64,000 nucleotides of DNA from Eledone cirrhosa (Eukaryota): assembly GCA_964016885.1 (NCBI GenBank), contig OZ024763.1, positions 21,018,001-21,082,000 on the forward strand, in the 5' to 3' direction. Every line of letters starts with the position of its first letter. Position 1 is the first letter of the stretch. Position numbers and translations under genes: made by a program. Positions 24,067 to 38,194 of the stretch are shown piece after piece. The notes under the pieces were generated by a model that was given only the letters and a program-made list of their open reading frames with translations, ran no database searches and was not told where the DNA came from.

Positions 24067-25339
24067 CACAAGACAGGGAGGAGAAACCGAGAGTAATAAA
24101 AATGATCAATCTAACTAGTGTAGAACCAACACTCAACCTTATCAACTTACTCTCCAAAGGTCTTAAATTCACACCGACCCCACTACGTCCTAACTACTAT
24201 GAAATGAAGGAAGACATCACAGACTTCTGTAGAAAGTTACGACTCAGTGAAGAACTATTCGACCAGCACAATAAGGATGAATCATTAGCCAGAAATAGAA
24301 GCAATTACACCCCATCAAAAGGTAGAAATAAAATCCTGGACGAATTCTGTGAACACATCACAAACTTCCCTTACCAACACTTGCACAGACAAAAACACAA
24401 GCCAAACCTCAACAAGAAAGAATGGGAAGAATAGATTAAAAACTGACAGAACCATTACAATTAAAGAGGCTGATAAAGGGAGTACAGTAGTCCTAATGGA
24501 GACAGAATTCTATATCAACTTAGCACTCTCCACTTTGGAAAACGAAACATACTACGAAAAGGCTGAACACTACAATCAACAGAAAATTATGAGAAACCTA
24601 AAAACTCTGATCAACCAATACAAAGAAGGACTCACTAATAAGGAATTCAGCTTCATCACAAACTTCACAAGTAAATCCAGCCCTTTCTACGGTATCCCTA
24701 AAGTACATAAAAGAGAATTAATAAGTAAGGCATGCAATGAAGCCACAGACATAGTCATCAATGTCCCCTCACCCAATGATCTCAAATTAAGACCTATAAT
24801 AGCAGGCCCCGGTTGCGAAACTCACTGCCTTAGCAACTTCATTGATACCCTTCTCAAGCCTTTTCTCAAACACATTAAAAGCTATATAAGGGACGACCTA
24901 GATATGCTCAATCACCTCCCTAATATGCCCCTTTCTGAAGAAACCCTACTAGTGACGTTCGATGTAGTCAACCTATACTCCAACATCCCCCACAACCTAG
25001 GAATAGAAACTATCCAATTCTGGCTGGATAATTACCACAATGAACTCCCACAACGCATCAAAAAAGAATTTGTGATAGAGGGACTCAAATTTATCTTGGA
25101 GAACAATTACTTCGTTTTCAATAACAAACCCTACAGGCAGAAATCTGGGACCGCTATGGGAACGAAAACAGCCCCCACTTATGCCAACCTAGTCATGGGA
25201 TACCTGGAAATCACTAAAGTACTAAACAAATTTGGAAACACTCTCCACTTACACATAGAAAGGAACTGGAAGCGATATCTAGATGACTGCTTCATCCTTT
25301 GGCATGAAAACATCGAGAAACTTAAAGAATTTCACACCC
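24030..25339 (+). pseudogene. Penelope-like (Neptune-type) reverse transcriptase, one frameshift, 3'-truncated
   Basis: INL..LLSKGLKFTPTP, IKEADKGSTVV, FYGIPKVHK, RPII, TFDVVNLYSNIP, GTAMGTKTAPTYANL, WKRYLDDCF; frameshift at ~24430; ends abruptly at repeat 2 with no thumb or GIY-YIG. Confidence 0.9.
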
Positions 25340-25616
25340 TGAATCAGCAACAACAACAACAGACATTCATGACAATAGATAATCTAAAAGGAGCCAACAC
25401 ACACACACATATATATATATACATATATACACCTTGTATATATATATGTGTGTGTGTGTGTATATATATATATTTTGAAAAGCATTAGAAATGTGCAACC
25501 GTAAAACTTAAAACCAAAATTGAATACTAACCAATACTATTACTAATTTTTACTTATTCCTAATTAAACTATTTTTCACTGGGACAATTTGTCAGCATTT
25601 TCTTTTCCTTTTACCA

Positions 25617-25621
<5 letters not shown>
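25339..25621. repeat. Direct repeat 2 flanking the second PLE
   Basis: Copy of 22396-22692 with a few substitutions and indels. Confidence 0.9.
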
Positions 25622-25671
<50 letters not shown>

Positions 25672-25703
25672 CACACAAGTGTGTATACATATATGGATAT
25701 ATA

Positions 25704-25777
<74 letters not shown>

Positions 25778-25823
25778 CACACAAGTGTGTATATATATAT
25801 GAATATATATGTGTATATATATA

Positions 25824-26671
25824 CAGGGTGCGGCGATATTTTTTGGCAATTTTCAACTGCTAATTTTATGCAAATTTTTTTAACTTCCGTTGTCACTCTT
25901 GTCTTCATAAAAACAGTGACTATATTTCCATTATTTATTTTCAGAATAATTGATTATGAATAATTTTGAACCTCCAAATTTGTGAAAGAGACATGGAGTT
26001 CTTCTTGGAATCCATGCTGAGAGGACAAATAAGACCAGAAGATCAACTCCCAGAACAACAGGTGGCTCGCTGTCTCATCCAAAGACGTGCCCAGAGTCAT
26101 ACAGACAAAGTTCCCAGCGACCACATTGGTCTTAGGTGTCGTCAGCAGTCAAGATGACCTCATGCCACCTCACTTCTTCCCTGAGGACCTCAAGCTGAAC
26201 ACCGATGGCTACATCTGTGTTCTGAGCGAGGTAGTAAAGCCCTGGGTCGACCAGGTAGCTGCAGGTAGGCCGTACGTGTGGCAGCAAGACTCAGTGCCCT
26301 GCCATACCAGCCGAAAGACCCAAGCCTGGCTGTCAGAGAACTTCATCGACCACACTTCACCTGACATGTGGCCTCCCAGCTTGCCTGACTGCAACCCCCT
26401 CGACTTCTTTGTGTGGAGGCGCAGTGGAACGAGACACCAACAGATCTAGCTGCAATACGAAAGACAATCTGAAGGCCAGGATCAAAAGTGCCTTTAGGGG
26501 CCTAAGTCGGGGGACAGTGACGAAGGCCTGTAGCCGGTTCCGAAGCCACCTTGAGACCGTCATCAAAGCCAATAGCGGGTTTATCAAGTGAGATCGAAAG
26601 AACAGGTCATGAAGACAAACTGACCCAAGTTTGATAAATAAATCTTAAAAAATAAAACTACTGTCCGCACC

Positions 26672-26674
<3 letters not shown>
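25824..26674 (+). mobile_element. Tc1/mariner superfamily DD37D (maT) transposon, internally deleted and frameshifted
   Basis: TA|CAGGGTGCGG ... CCGCACCCTG|TA termini; WQQD-x37-D (WPPSLPDCNPLDFFVW); C-terminal KACSRFRSHLETVIKANSGFIK. Confidence 0.88.
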
Positions 26675-26720
<46 letters not shown>

Positions 26721-26721
<1 letters not shown>

Positions 26722-27110
26722 TGATTAATGTTCAGAGCCATCCTCAGAATTCTCGTGTAGCACCCATCCACCATCTGAGTGAGTTTCTTGGTCAGTGTCC
26801 AAGTCTCAGACCCGTATACACTGAGGATGAAGAATTCAGAACTGTATGGGAGTCAGCTCAAAAGTGACACAGAGGAGACTGAAGTTAACTGGACATGCTC
26901 ACCGACATCCAGAATTGACACTGCACTCAGTACTCCTGTGGGAGCCCCTGCATGGACACACTGGAGAAGAAGATCAAGGTTAACATATGTTGATGCCTTA
27001 AGGACAGACACTGGTCTGTTGGAGATGCAGGACATGGCAGCGATAATGAGGGACAGAAACCGCTGGAGAGAACTCGTCCATGGATCTCGGGAATTTTAGC
27101 CGCCCTAGAT
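26721..27110 (+). mobile_element. RTE/RTEX-type LINE 3' fragment with inverted 5' segment
   Basis: 26721-26820 minus encodes YGSETWTLTKKLTQMVDGCYTRILRMALNIN; 26821 onward plus encodes the continuation NSELYG..RRLKLTGHAHRH..LLWEP..TYVDAL..DRNRWR. Confidence 0.75.
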
Positions 27111-27579
27111 AGATAGATATATATATAACACAAGTAGCTATATTTCTATCAAATATGTACCAACACACACGTGTATATGTAGATTTATACACACACACAT
27201 ATATATATATGCATATATATGTGTATGTGTGTGAATAAAGCAAATATATATGTATGTGTGTATATAAATCATATATACTATTTCTCTAATAATAGCCATA
27301 AACAATAATCCATATTTAGTAAAGACCTATAGCCTAATTCAAAGCTACACGAAAATAGAACAGAGATATTTGACTTTTAAAAAATTCATTTCCATCTATT
27401 TTTACATCACATTTTCCTTTCCTGACATTCCCTTGCTCCATTCACCTACTCACCCTGTTTCCTCTTCTGTAATTGCTCTTTAACCCTTTAGCATTTACAT
27501 TACTCTATATATACTATTGTATTTTCACGGTAAAGGCTTTACCTTGCATAATATCGAATCTATGAGATTTTGATGCTTT

Positions 27580-28322
27580 CACCCACCTGTCTTGTTTCTT
27601 CTGTCATTGCTCTCTACACTGTAATAATCTTCATCACATTTTTACATCTATTTACATCCCACTTTTCTATTCCTGATCCACCCTTGTTCCATTCATCCAC
27701 CCACCCATCCTGGTTCCTTTCCTGTCATTGCTCTCTACACTGTTCATGATCTTCACCACATTTTTACATATATTTACATCACACCTGTCTTGGTTCCTCT
27801 CCTGTCATTGCTCTCTACACTGTTCATGATCTTCACCACATTTTTACATATATTTACATCACACCTGTCTTGGTTCCTCTCCTGTCATTGCTCTCTACAC
27901 TGTTCATGATCTTCACCACATTTTTACATATATTTACATCACACCTGTCTTGGTTCCTCTCCTGTCATTGCTCTCTACACTGTTCATGATCTTCACCACA
28001 TTTTTACATATATTTACATCACACCTGTCTTGGTTCCTCTCCTGTCATTGCTCTCTACACTGTTCATGATCTTCACCACATTTTTACATATATTTACATC
28101 ACACCTGTCTTGGTTCCTTTCTTGTCATTGCTCTCTACACTGTTCATGATCTTCACCACATTTTTACATATATTTACATCACACCTGTCTTGGTTCCTCT
28201 CCTGTCATTGCTCTCTACACTGTTCATGATCTTCACCACATTTTTACATATATTTACATCACACCTGTCTTGGTTCCTCTCCTGTCATTGCTCTCTACAC
28301 TGTTCATGATCTTTTCCACATT
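27580..28322. repeat. 80-bp minisatellite, ~9 copies
   Basis: ACACCTGTCTTGGTTCCTCTCCTGTCATTGCTCTCTACACTG... at 27781, 27861, 27941, 28021, 28101, 28181 and 28261, with diverged units upstream. Confidence 0.95.
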
Positions 28323-28325
28323 GCC

Positions 28326-28698
28326 TTAACCCTATAGCATTTAAATCAGCTGTATCCAGTCAGAATTCTCTCACCTCTTTCTGTTCTACCTGGCTGTAAC
28401 TGGTCATTCATACTGATGTTAAGATATTGTTCTCAAAATAAATTACATCAAAATCTCATAGATTCGATATTATGTGAGATAATTTTGTGAGGTAAAGCCT
28501 TTACCATGAAAATACAATAGTATATATAGAGTAATGTAAATGTTATGTGAGATATTATGTGAGGTAAAGACTTTACCATGAAAATATAATAGTATATATA
28601 GAGGAATGTAAATGTTATGTGAGATATTATGTGAGGTAAAGACTTTACCATGAAAATATAATAGTAAATAAAGAGTAATGTAAATGCTAAAGGGTTAA
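28326..28698. mobile_element. TTAA-flanked piggyBac-like MITE with internal tandem units
   Basis: TTAA|CCCTATAGCATTTA ... TAAATGCTAAAGGG|TTAA; same family at 52570-52798 and a partial copy at 27480-27575. Confidence 0.75.
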
Positions 28699-30990
28699 AT
28701 GAATGGAGACATTGTCAAGAAGTAAGGACTTGCAGGGCACAAGTCAACCTCACCTCACTAGTACTGGTGACATAGTAAAATACTCCCAACACATTCTGTA
28801 AATTGGTTGATAGTGAACATGCTTTTGAAATGTGGATCTACTGCAGGATATTGAAAGTTCCTTGGACTGTAAAAGTGAGAAACACTCAAGTACTGAACAA
28901 AATGTGATTGGATGGCCCAATACTGTTGTGCTGGTGCCATGGTAAAATGTTCTTGTGTCCTATGCTCCAGATAAAAAATATTGAATACTACAATAACTTT
29001 TTTCAAACTTTTTTCTCAAAAATAAGGACATTAAAAAAATAAGCACATTAAAAAAAAATACGGTACTTATAGTAACTTAGAGAAAAATTGTCATTCAATG
29101 ATGTTTTTTTTTAAAAGAAATTATGATTTATTGGACTTTGGTTTCATTACACATCCACTCCACACAACCCCACTTCACCCCTACCCTCTACACCACTCAC
29201 TCCCCATCATTCCACTTCCTCCACTCAATTTAACTCCAGAGAATTTTTTTCTACTTAGAGATGTGTAAATCTCTAGACCTGACATGCCAATTACTGACAT
29301 TAATAGCTTTACTTAGAATGAGCAGTGGGCATTTATTACCATTATTATTATTATTTTTATTTCTATTATTATTTCTATTGCGCATCATTACTGCTTTACT
29401 GAACACAGCTCTGTGCACCTTGGGTATGTGCAGTGTAGTTTTTGCTGATGTTGTTTCTATTGTATTGATAGTACTTTTTGCAATATGTGTGCAGTACCTA
29501 GTAGTGCAATCTTTTGTATGTTGTATATATTTGTAAGTCCTGGGGTTTTGGTTATGGATTTGTCTGTGTGTTTTTATCATTCTTAGAACAGCTATTAATA
29601 TAAGTATTGTTCTGTATTGTTTCTGTTTTCATTTTCCACAGTTATTTCTATCTCTAGATCTTTATATTTGGAGAGTTTCTCTATTTCCTTTATTATTATT
29701 ATTATTATCATTAAGAAGAGTGGTGGGTTGGCAGTATCGGTAGAGATTTGGACAACATGCTTTGCAGTATAGAGTTATGCCCCTTTAAGTTTTGAGTTCA
29801 AATCCCACCAAGTTTATTTTTGCCCTTTATCCTTATGGGGGTAAGCACCAATAATGCACTACACCATAACACAGTATATTGATCGACAAGATCCCAGACC
29901 TCATTTGCTTACTGAATGGAGCTCATCAAATCGGACCAAAGAAACAATATTTCCATTGGTCTTTTCAATTGCTGATACTATCTACTTTCTATCAGTTGTA
30001 ACTTCTGGCAGAAAGAACAGCATGAAATAAAGTGTCTTGCTCAAGGGTATAATACATCACCCGGTCTGGGAATTGAACTCACAACCTCCAAATTACCAAT
30101 CCAATTCTTTAACCACTAGGCCACATACAGAAATGTTGAATTGTATTACATTTCTAACATCTGTTTTGTGATAAGCTTTCTTTTCAACTTTTCATTTCAT
30201 TGCTTATTCTTTTCCATGGCAAGCATGGATTATGCAATAGATTTTGATAGAGAAAAAGTCATCAGTCTGGTAGACATGTCACTATAAATTATTTATTTTC
30301 AATGGTTGAACATGAAGTGTGAATTGTGAAAAATGTAATTCTTACAACACAAATGGATCAGATAAATGCTGGCAGACTCAATGTATTCCGATTGGTTGAG
30401 CGTAGGATTAAATTCTGAAACTATACTTTCAAGTAATTTCATAACATAAGTACAAAATTTAATGTCTTTAAAATTCTAAATAAAAAAAAAAAAACAGACA
30501 CACACAACATCAACAAAAACTGCTTCTTATCCCAGTTATTTTTGGATAACTTTTAAAGCTGAAAGCGATTTACAAGAAAAAAAAAAAAAAATGTAATATG
30601 ACATCTTTGACTTGAAGACTTCTATAATAACTACATCAGTTATTTGTTCCCATTCCCTATTTATCTCCAAGGAAACCGATTTCTTTTTAAAAGGTATTTA
30701 TTTACCTTATTGATTAAAGTCTTTTCTTAAACAGCTCACTTAAAAATCTCTCCTGTATAGATACTATAATAGTCTTTCAACTTCGTTCCATTCCTACCCC
30801 TTTCTACTTTACATACTTTAAATAATTACATCATTCCCATTCCCACTAAACAGATTGACTTTTTCATCATACAGTTTCATAAATGCCTTGTGTAATTCTT
30901 TTAGGAAAATTATTTTGTTCTGAAATTCTTACATGAACTTGCTTTCTGCCTGACAAAAATCTAAATTAATTTCAAAGAGAATACTAATCT

Positions 30991-30999
30991 TTATATATG

Positions 31000-31042
<43 letters not shown>

Positions 31043-31245
31043 CTGTATATATATATATATATATATATACAGTTATATATATATATATATATATATATAT
31101 AATCGTATATATATATATGTAACCGTATATATATATATATATAACCGTATATATATATATATACGGTTATATATATATATATTATATATATATATATATA
31201 ACCGTATATATATATATATATGTAACCGTATATATATATATAACC

Positions 31246-31299
<54 letters not shown>

Positions 31300-31409
31300 C
31301 CGTATATATATATTTATATATATATATATATAACTGTATATATATATATATATATAACCGTATATATATATATATATATAACCGTATATATATATATATA
31401 TATATAACC

Positions 31410-31441
<32 letters not shown>

Positions 31442-31443
31442 CC

Positions 31444-31475
<32 letters not shown>

Positions 31476-31530
31476 CCGTATATATATATATAACCGTATA
31501 TATATATAACCGTATATATTTATATATATA
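30991..31530. repeat. (TA)n microsatellite punctuated by ACCG/ACTG
   Basis: Repeated (TA)nACCGTA units of variable length. Confidence 0.9.
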
Positions 31531-32059
31531 ACTATCACAAATGCTGGTAGCATTTGTAAGCATTATTATTGAAAACTGTTATTGTAAGCATTACTATTAT
31601 CACAAGGGCAGTGGATTGGCAATATCGGTAGAGCATCAGACAACATGTTTTGCAGCATATATTTAAAACATTTTATGTTCTGAGTTCAAATCCTGCCAAG
31701 GTTACCTTTTCCTTTCATCCTTACAGGGTCGATAAAATAAAGTACCAGTAATGCACTGATAATTAACTTTCCCTTCTCTCCAAATTGTACCTAAATCAGA
31801 AACAATTATTACTGAAAACTATCTTATATATGAGCATGCACATGGATGTGTGTGGAGGTGCCTGGCCTAGTGGTAAGGGTGTTTAACTTGGAGTTTAACC
31901 CTGCAATAGACTGGCATCCTGTCTTGTACTCTGTCGGTGCATGCCACAGAAACCAGAATAAGCATTGGCCTGATGAGTCTCCAGGCTCTAGTCAGACTTT
32001 AACCCTGCAATGGACTGGCATCCTGTCCAGGAAGAAGGCTTGTATTCTCATTTTATTCA

Positions 32060-32610
32060 CTTTTAGATATCCTAAAAAAAAAAAAAAGAGCAATAAGCTG
32101 GTGACAATTGAAACACATTGGATCACAGGTCTCTTTAATCAGGGTTGACCTGGGGAATGAAACAACAGCAATGACATCTTGCTGGCAGACAGTAGAAGTA
32201 TTTTGTTTTATAGATATCCTAAAAAAAAGTATTTCATGACTCATCACACTGTTCATTTTCCTGACATTTGTCATTATTCTATGTACTATACATGCACCTT
32301 TGATGAGTTGTAGTGCACCTGAGCACTGGACACAATAACTTTATTATTATTATAAAAAGGGGATAAGCTGGTGAGAATTGAAACACTTTGGATCATAGGC
32401 TTGTTCAATGAGGGTTGACCTGGGAAATAAAACAACAGCAACCGAGATCTTGCTGGCAGACATTAGAAGTATTTTGTTATATAGATATCCTAAAAAAAAG
32501 GGGGATAAGCTGGTGACAATTGAAACAGTTTGGATCATAGGCTTGTTCAATGAGGGTTGACCTGGGGAATAAAACAACAGCACACAACATTGCTAGCAGA
32601 CATTATAAGT
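32060..32610. repeat. ~150-bp tandem units (SINE-tail-like), ~3.5 copies
   Basis: GATAAGCTGGTGACAATTGAAACA...GGTTGACCTGGGG..AAACAACAGC recurs at ~32092, 32362 and 32504. Confidence 0.75.
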
Positions 32611-32917
32611 ATGAGTAGTGTAATCTTTTAACTGTAAACTCTTGTGTAACCTAGGATTTGGTTTGACTCTATTATATAATGGAAACTGTTAACACCGAAT
32701 CAAAAGAAAATATTGATTTACAAGATACACACATTCATAAAATGAAAACAAAGCAGATACAGCTAATATGATAATAAATCTGCAATTGAGCAAAAGTAAG
32801 GAAAAATATGTGTATAGCTTGTAATTTCTTTCATATGGAAAGATTTTCATTTTTATATCTATGTTTATACATATATATATGTGTGTGTGTGTATATATGT
32901 ATATGTGTGTGTATGTA

Positions 32918-32962
<45 letters not shown>

Positions 32963-33577
32963 GTATATATATATAGATAGATATAGATATTTATTTTTTT
33001 CTTATTAATCTTTGCTAAAGTGGTTTTCTATTTTTCAGTTGAGTATACCCAGCAAAATGTTAAGTAAATTATAGTCGACTGTGGTTTATAGTGTAATAGT
33101 AAAAGCAGACATAAAGATCAATATTACTGCTTTTTAGGCTTATTATGGTCTGATGGCTAGGAAACTACATTGATTGTTTAAATCTTGCATAGTATTAATG
33201 ATAAAAACTACTGGTTAGTAACTGATTCTATCTTAATGTAAACTGGTGAAACTGTTACATAAGACAGACATCTATATATATATATATTATATATTATATA
33301 TATAATATATAATAGGTATTTATATATATAATATATAATGTGTGTCTATATATATATATGTATATGTCTGCATGTATATATATATACATATATATAAATA
33401 AATATATAATATATATATATATATATATAATATATAATATGAGTGTATATATAATATATAATGTATGTGTGTATATATAAATATATATATGTATATATAT
33501 ATATAAATGGACGTTAAATGATGATGACGATGAACGATGAGGATATATATATATATATTTATATATATATGTATGTA

Positions 33578-33650
<73 letters not shown>

Positions 33651-33689
33651 ATATGTGTGTATTTATTTATATATATATTATATAATGTG

Positions 33690-33723
<34 letters not shown>

Positions 33724-34154
33724 ATATTATATAATGTGTATATATATATAATGTCTATTGTCAAAAGTTAAATTTGCTAAAATAAAATCCAATAAAATCC
33801 AAATAAGAACTAGAACTTAATTAGGTTCCCAAAATATGTTTGACCCCCCAGTAACATAAGCAAGGGATTATGTAATATATTATATAGGAAATACTAATGA
33901 AATACATAGTGGTTTATCTTTCTCTCTGTTGTGTGGGGGGAAGTCTGTATAAATATATATATGGGGTTGTATATGTGGGAGTGTATGTCTATGCATGTAT
34001 ATGGACGTGTGTGTGTATGTATGTGCGTATGTATATATGTATGTGTATAAATATGTACGTATATGTATGCATATATATGTATGTATGTATATATGTATGT
34101 CTGTGTGGTGGAGGATGCCTATGTGTATATGTATATGTACATATGTACTATTTT

Positions 34155-34376
34155 CATCATTTCATTTCATTTCACTTCTGCTTATCCCTGCATGCAAGGG
34201 TGGGACGGGTACTGATTCTGGCTTGATTTCTACAGCTGGATGCCCTTCCTAACACCAACCTCATTTACAGTGAGTGCTGGGTGCTTTTTTGCCATGGCAC
34301 CTCCACGACCACTTTGCAGTGGAATGATAGGGACAACAGTCCCTATCATCTCATTTCTACAGCTGAGTAAACTGAG
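34155..34376 (-). mobile_element. SINE family A, 5'-truncated
   Basis: Tail and middle match 810-1030; no tRNA head. Confidence 0.85.
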
Positions 34377-34566
34377 TGTATATATATATGTACATATATG
34401 TATATATGTATGCATGTATATATGTGTGGATATATATATGTATATGTATGTGCATGTATGTATATATGTATATATATATATATATATATATACATACATA
34501 TATATATATATGTATGTATATATATATATGTGTGTATGTGCATGCATATATGTGTATGTGCATGCA

Positions 34567-34608
<42 letters not shown>

Positions 34609-34615
<7 letters not shown>

Positions 34616-34908
34616 AAAAAGAGATGAAATCGAAAATGCAACTGGAGTCTTATTTTTTTTAAAAATATATATATTTATTTGGTTCCTTTACCGGTTTCGC
34701 AGTTCTTCTGCTTTTCAAAAGTAGAGTTGAGATGGAGGGTCTGTGGATTTTCTTACATCTGTGAGAAAAACCACAGACCCTCCATCTCAACTCTACTTTT
34801 GAAAAGCAGAAGAACTGCGAAACCGGTAAAGGAATCAAATAAATATATATATTTAAAAAAAAAATAAGACTCCAGTTGCATTTTCGATTTCATCTCTTTT
34901 TCTTTATA
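34609..34908. repeat. ~300-bp near-perfect palindrome (foldback)
   Basis: Arms ~148 bp centred at 34758, e.g. AGAAAAAGAGATGAAATCGAAAATGCAACTGGAGTCTTA / TAAGACTCCAGTTGCATTTTCGATTTCATCTCTTTTTCT. Confidence 0.95.
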
Positions 34909-34963
34909 CTTTCACTCGTGTAGGACACCTCGCTTATTTTTCAATTTGTAAAAAAAACCTCAC

Positions 34964-35020
<57 letters not shown>

Positions 35021-35671
35021 GATGTATAATAAATTGAATGGAAAGTAATAACAACACAAAATAATTCTATTATATATATATATATACACACACACATATA
35101 TATTTACACACACATATATATATACATATAAACTTTGTAATTTATTTTATATAATGGAATATTAACTACCATTTGGCAAAGCCTAATCCAAAACATTTCC
35201 ATTAGACCGCCATAGTAATTTATAATTCTTGATAAACTGAACAGCGAAAAACAAAAGCTAAATTCTGTTTCAAACATAAACGCATTAATAATAAAGTATA
35301 AAGTAGTTGCAAACAAATATGTTAGCACTGTTAGTAGCATTATCTTTGATTAAATAAAGGTCTTTTATTTCTTTCAGTTGCAGAAACATGTTAAACAAAA
35401 ATCGCCCACTGTTCGGATCTGTTGTTTTTGTTCAGGTTTTGTTCTGTTCTAGTTTATCTGATATTTTGTGAACAAATACTTTTGGGTTCTGAATAATAGG
35501 GAGGATGGGTGGGGTGGTGGTGGTAGGGTGGGGTGGAATAAGCGTGGGGAGTTGGAATAATTGCGTGTGTATGTGTGTGTATGTGTGTGTTTTTTTTTTA
35601 GCAAAATCGGTAATTTTTCTTGGTTGTCTATGTTGATTTTGTTTCCCAAAACCAGAATTAGTCGTTTAGTT

Positions 35672-35710
<39 letters not shown>

Positions 35711-36108
35711 ACATGATATGTATGTGTGCGTATATATATTGCTTCAAACAAATTACAACACTTTATGTTCAGATTTTTTTCAATATGTTGACACGTATGT
35801 ATGTGTGTGTGTGTGTGTGTATGTACATGCATATACATACATTTATATGTATGAGTATATAAATATAAATATGCAAACACAGACACACTTACAAAAATAC
35901 ACACACACATTTACACAAACATACTCATACACATACACTCACACACAGCATAACAAATGGAAGACCAGCTGCTGTTTTGCTATAGTTTTTTCACCATCCC
36001 CTTCCTTCCTTTTACATACATATACATTCACACAAACACACACACACTCATTGTGTGACAGACAGACAGAAGTTGTTCAAATTTATATAGATATAGATGT
36101 GTATATAT

Positions 36109-36144
<36 letters not shown>

Positions 36145-36210
36145 CAGGATTAAACCAGTATTAGTTGTTGAAATGGCAAGAGCTCAGCCTTTGGGCACGG
36201 ACTGTTTCTA

Positions 36211-36268
<58 letters not shown>

Positions 36269-36619
36269 TACAAGATGGATTCAGTAAGAAACTGGTTAGA
36301 CCATTACTCACCAGAGTATTCAATACTTGGAGTAGTAGAGTATGGTTATATGAATGAGCCAGGACCCTGACAGCTGAGCTGTTGCTGTTTCAACAACTTG
36401 TTCCAGACTATATATAGGGAGGAAAAGGAGACATAAAATGATGATGATGATGATATATATATATAGGAAAAGAGTCAGGACCCCGACGGCTGAGCTCTGG
36501 CTGTTTCGACAGCTAGATCCAAACTAAGCTAGACTCTTTTCCTATTACCCACTATACTACCCTAAGTATTGAGTACTCTGGTGTGTTATGGTCCACCTGG
36601 TATCTAACCACACTTTCTT

Positions 36620-36671
<52 letters not shown>

Positions 36672-38194
36672 GTGAGTTACAGCCGGTAGATAGTATCAGC
36701 AATGGAAAGACTAATGGGGAATCATTTGTTTCCTTGGTCTGATTTGACAACTTCCACTACACTTGGTAAGTGAATGAGGTCTGGGATTTTGTCAATCATT
36801 TCCATCACAATGTCTTCTGTTGCTCTTCTGTTAGCCGCTACATTTGATATATATTAAATGTCTGCAATAAGAAAGAAATCTTTTATTGTCTGACTGACAA
36901 GCCAATTTGAAGAATTGAAGAATTGAAGAATTACTAATGCTGATACAATTGAAACAGACAGCTATGATAAAACAGCTTTCTTGAACAAAAATAAAAGAAA
37001 AAAGAATTCAACTAGTAATTCAGATACTAATGTTTCTGACATTCTGACAGGTTAGAACTGGTTACAACTAGTTGATGAAATCTATCAGCCTCTTTGACAA
37101 GAGAGGTAATAAATAAATCTCTAATCAGGGATGGATAGCTGCTACTTTTTTGAATTCTAATGGCTCAGATGTACCATATATGAAGGGTCGGGTCAGCTGA
37201 AAGGTTCATAGGCTGTAAAGTTCATAGCCTGTCCAAGATACTCTCATGGAATGACCAAATGAGGTTTATTATTTTTCAATATAGTCCCCCCTTGGAAAGA
37301 AACAATGTAGTTATTTATAAGAAGAGTTGAAATTGATGCGTGAATGATTTCACAGCTCTAGCATCACTATATATATATATGATGATGATATATGTATATA
37401 GAAGAGTTGGCTGAAAAGTTTATAGGCTGACCAAGACACTCTCATAGAATGACCAAATGAGGTTTATTTTTCAACATAGTCCCTGGAAATTAATACATGC
37501 AAGATTTCACAGCCCTAGCATCAATCCGTCATAGTCAGCCTATAAACTTTTCAGCCGACCCTCATATATCATCATCATCATCATCACCGTTTTATATCCA
37601 TTTTACCACACTAGCATGGGTTAGACGAGTTGTCCTGTTGTGGGCAATGCTAGGTCTGGTGACCATGTCTTGCACATTCAGAACTGATTTGGGCTTGGTT
37701 TCTACAGTTGGATGCTCTTCCTAATGCCTAGTATATATATATATATACTTGTTCCAAGAAGTTATATGAGACCGAAATGGGGATTCCTTCGAAGGGTCTT
37801 TCATGTAACATTATTCGATAGTGCTCATAGCTCAGAGATCAGAGTCGCTCTCTAACTCTCTCTCTCTCTGCCAACCTCCCTCTCTCTCACCCCCTCTCTC
37901 TCTCTCTCTGCCAACCTCCCTCTCTCTCTATATATATATATATCTCTCTCTCCCACCTTCCAAGTTTTTCCCTGACATTTCATATATTTTGAGAGTGACT
38001 ATCTAAAAGTGATTGCAGAGAATGAAAATTTAATGATGTACTTACCACAACTCATTTCATTGCAAGCTTCCAGCAAATTTTGAATTTAGATAGCAGAGTC
38101 TTTTGTATTTATCTATTATTGCCAAGAAAATTTAGAATAATTAAATAAAAAGCTTTCTCAAAATTGCTATCTTCAATTGTGTGTTCCTGCCAAC

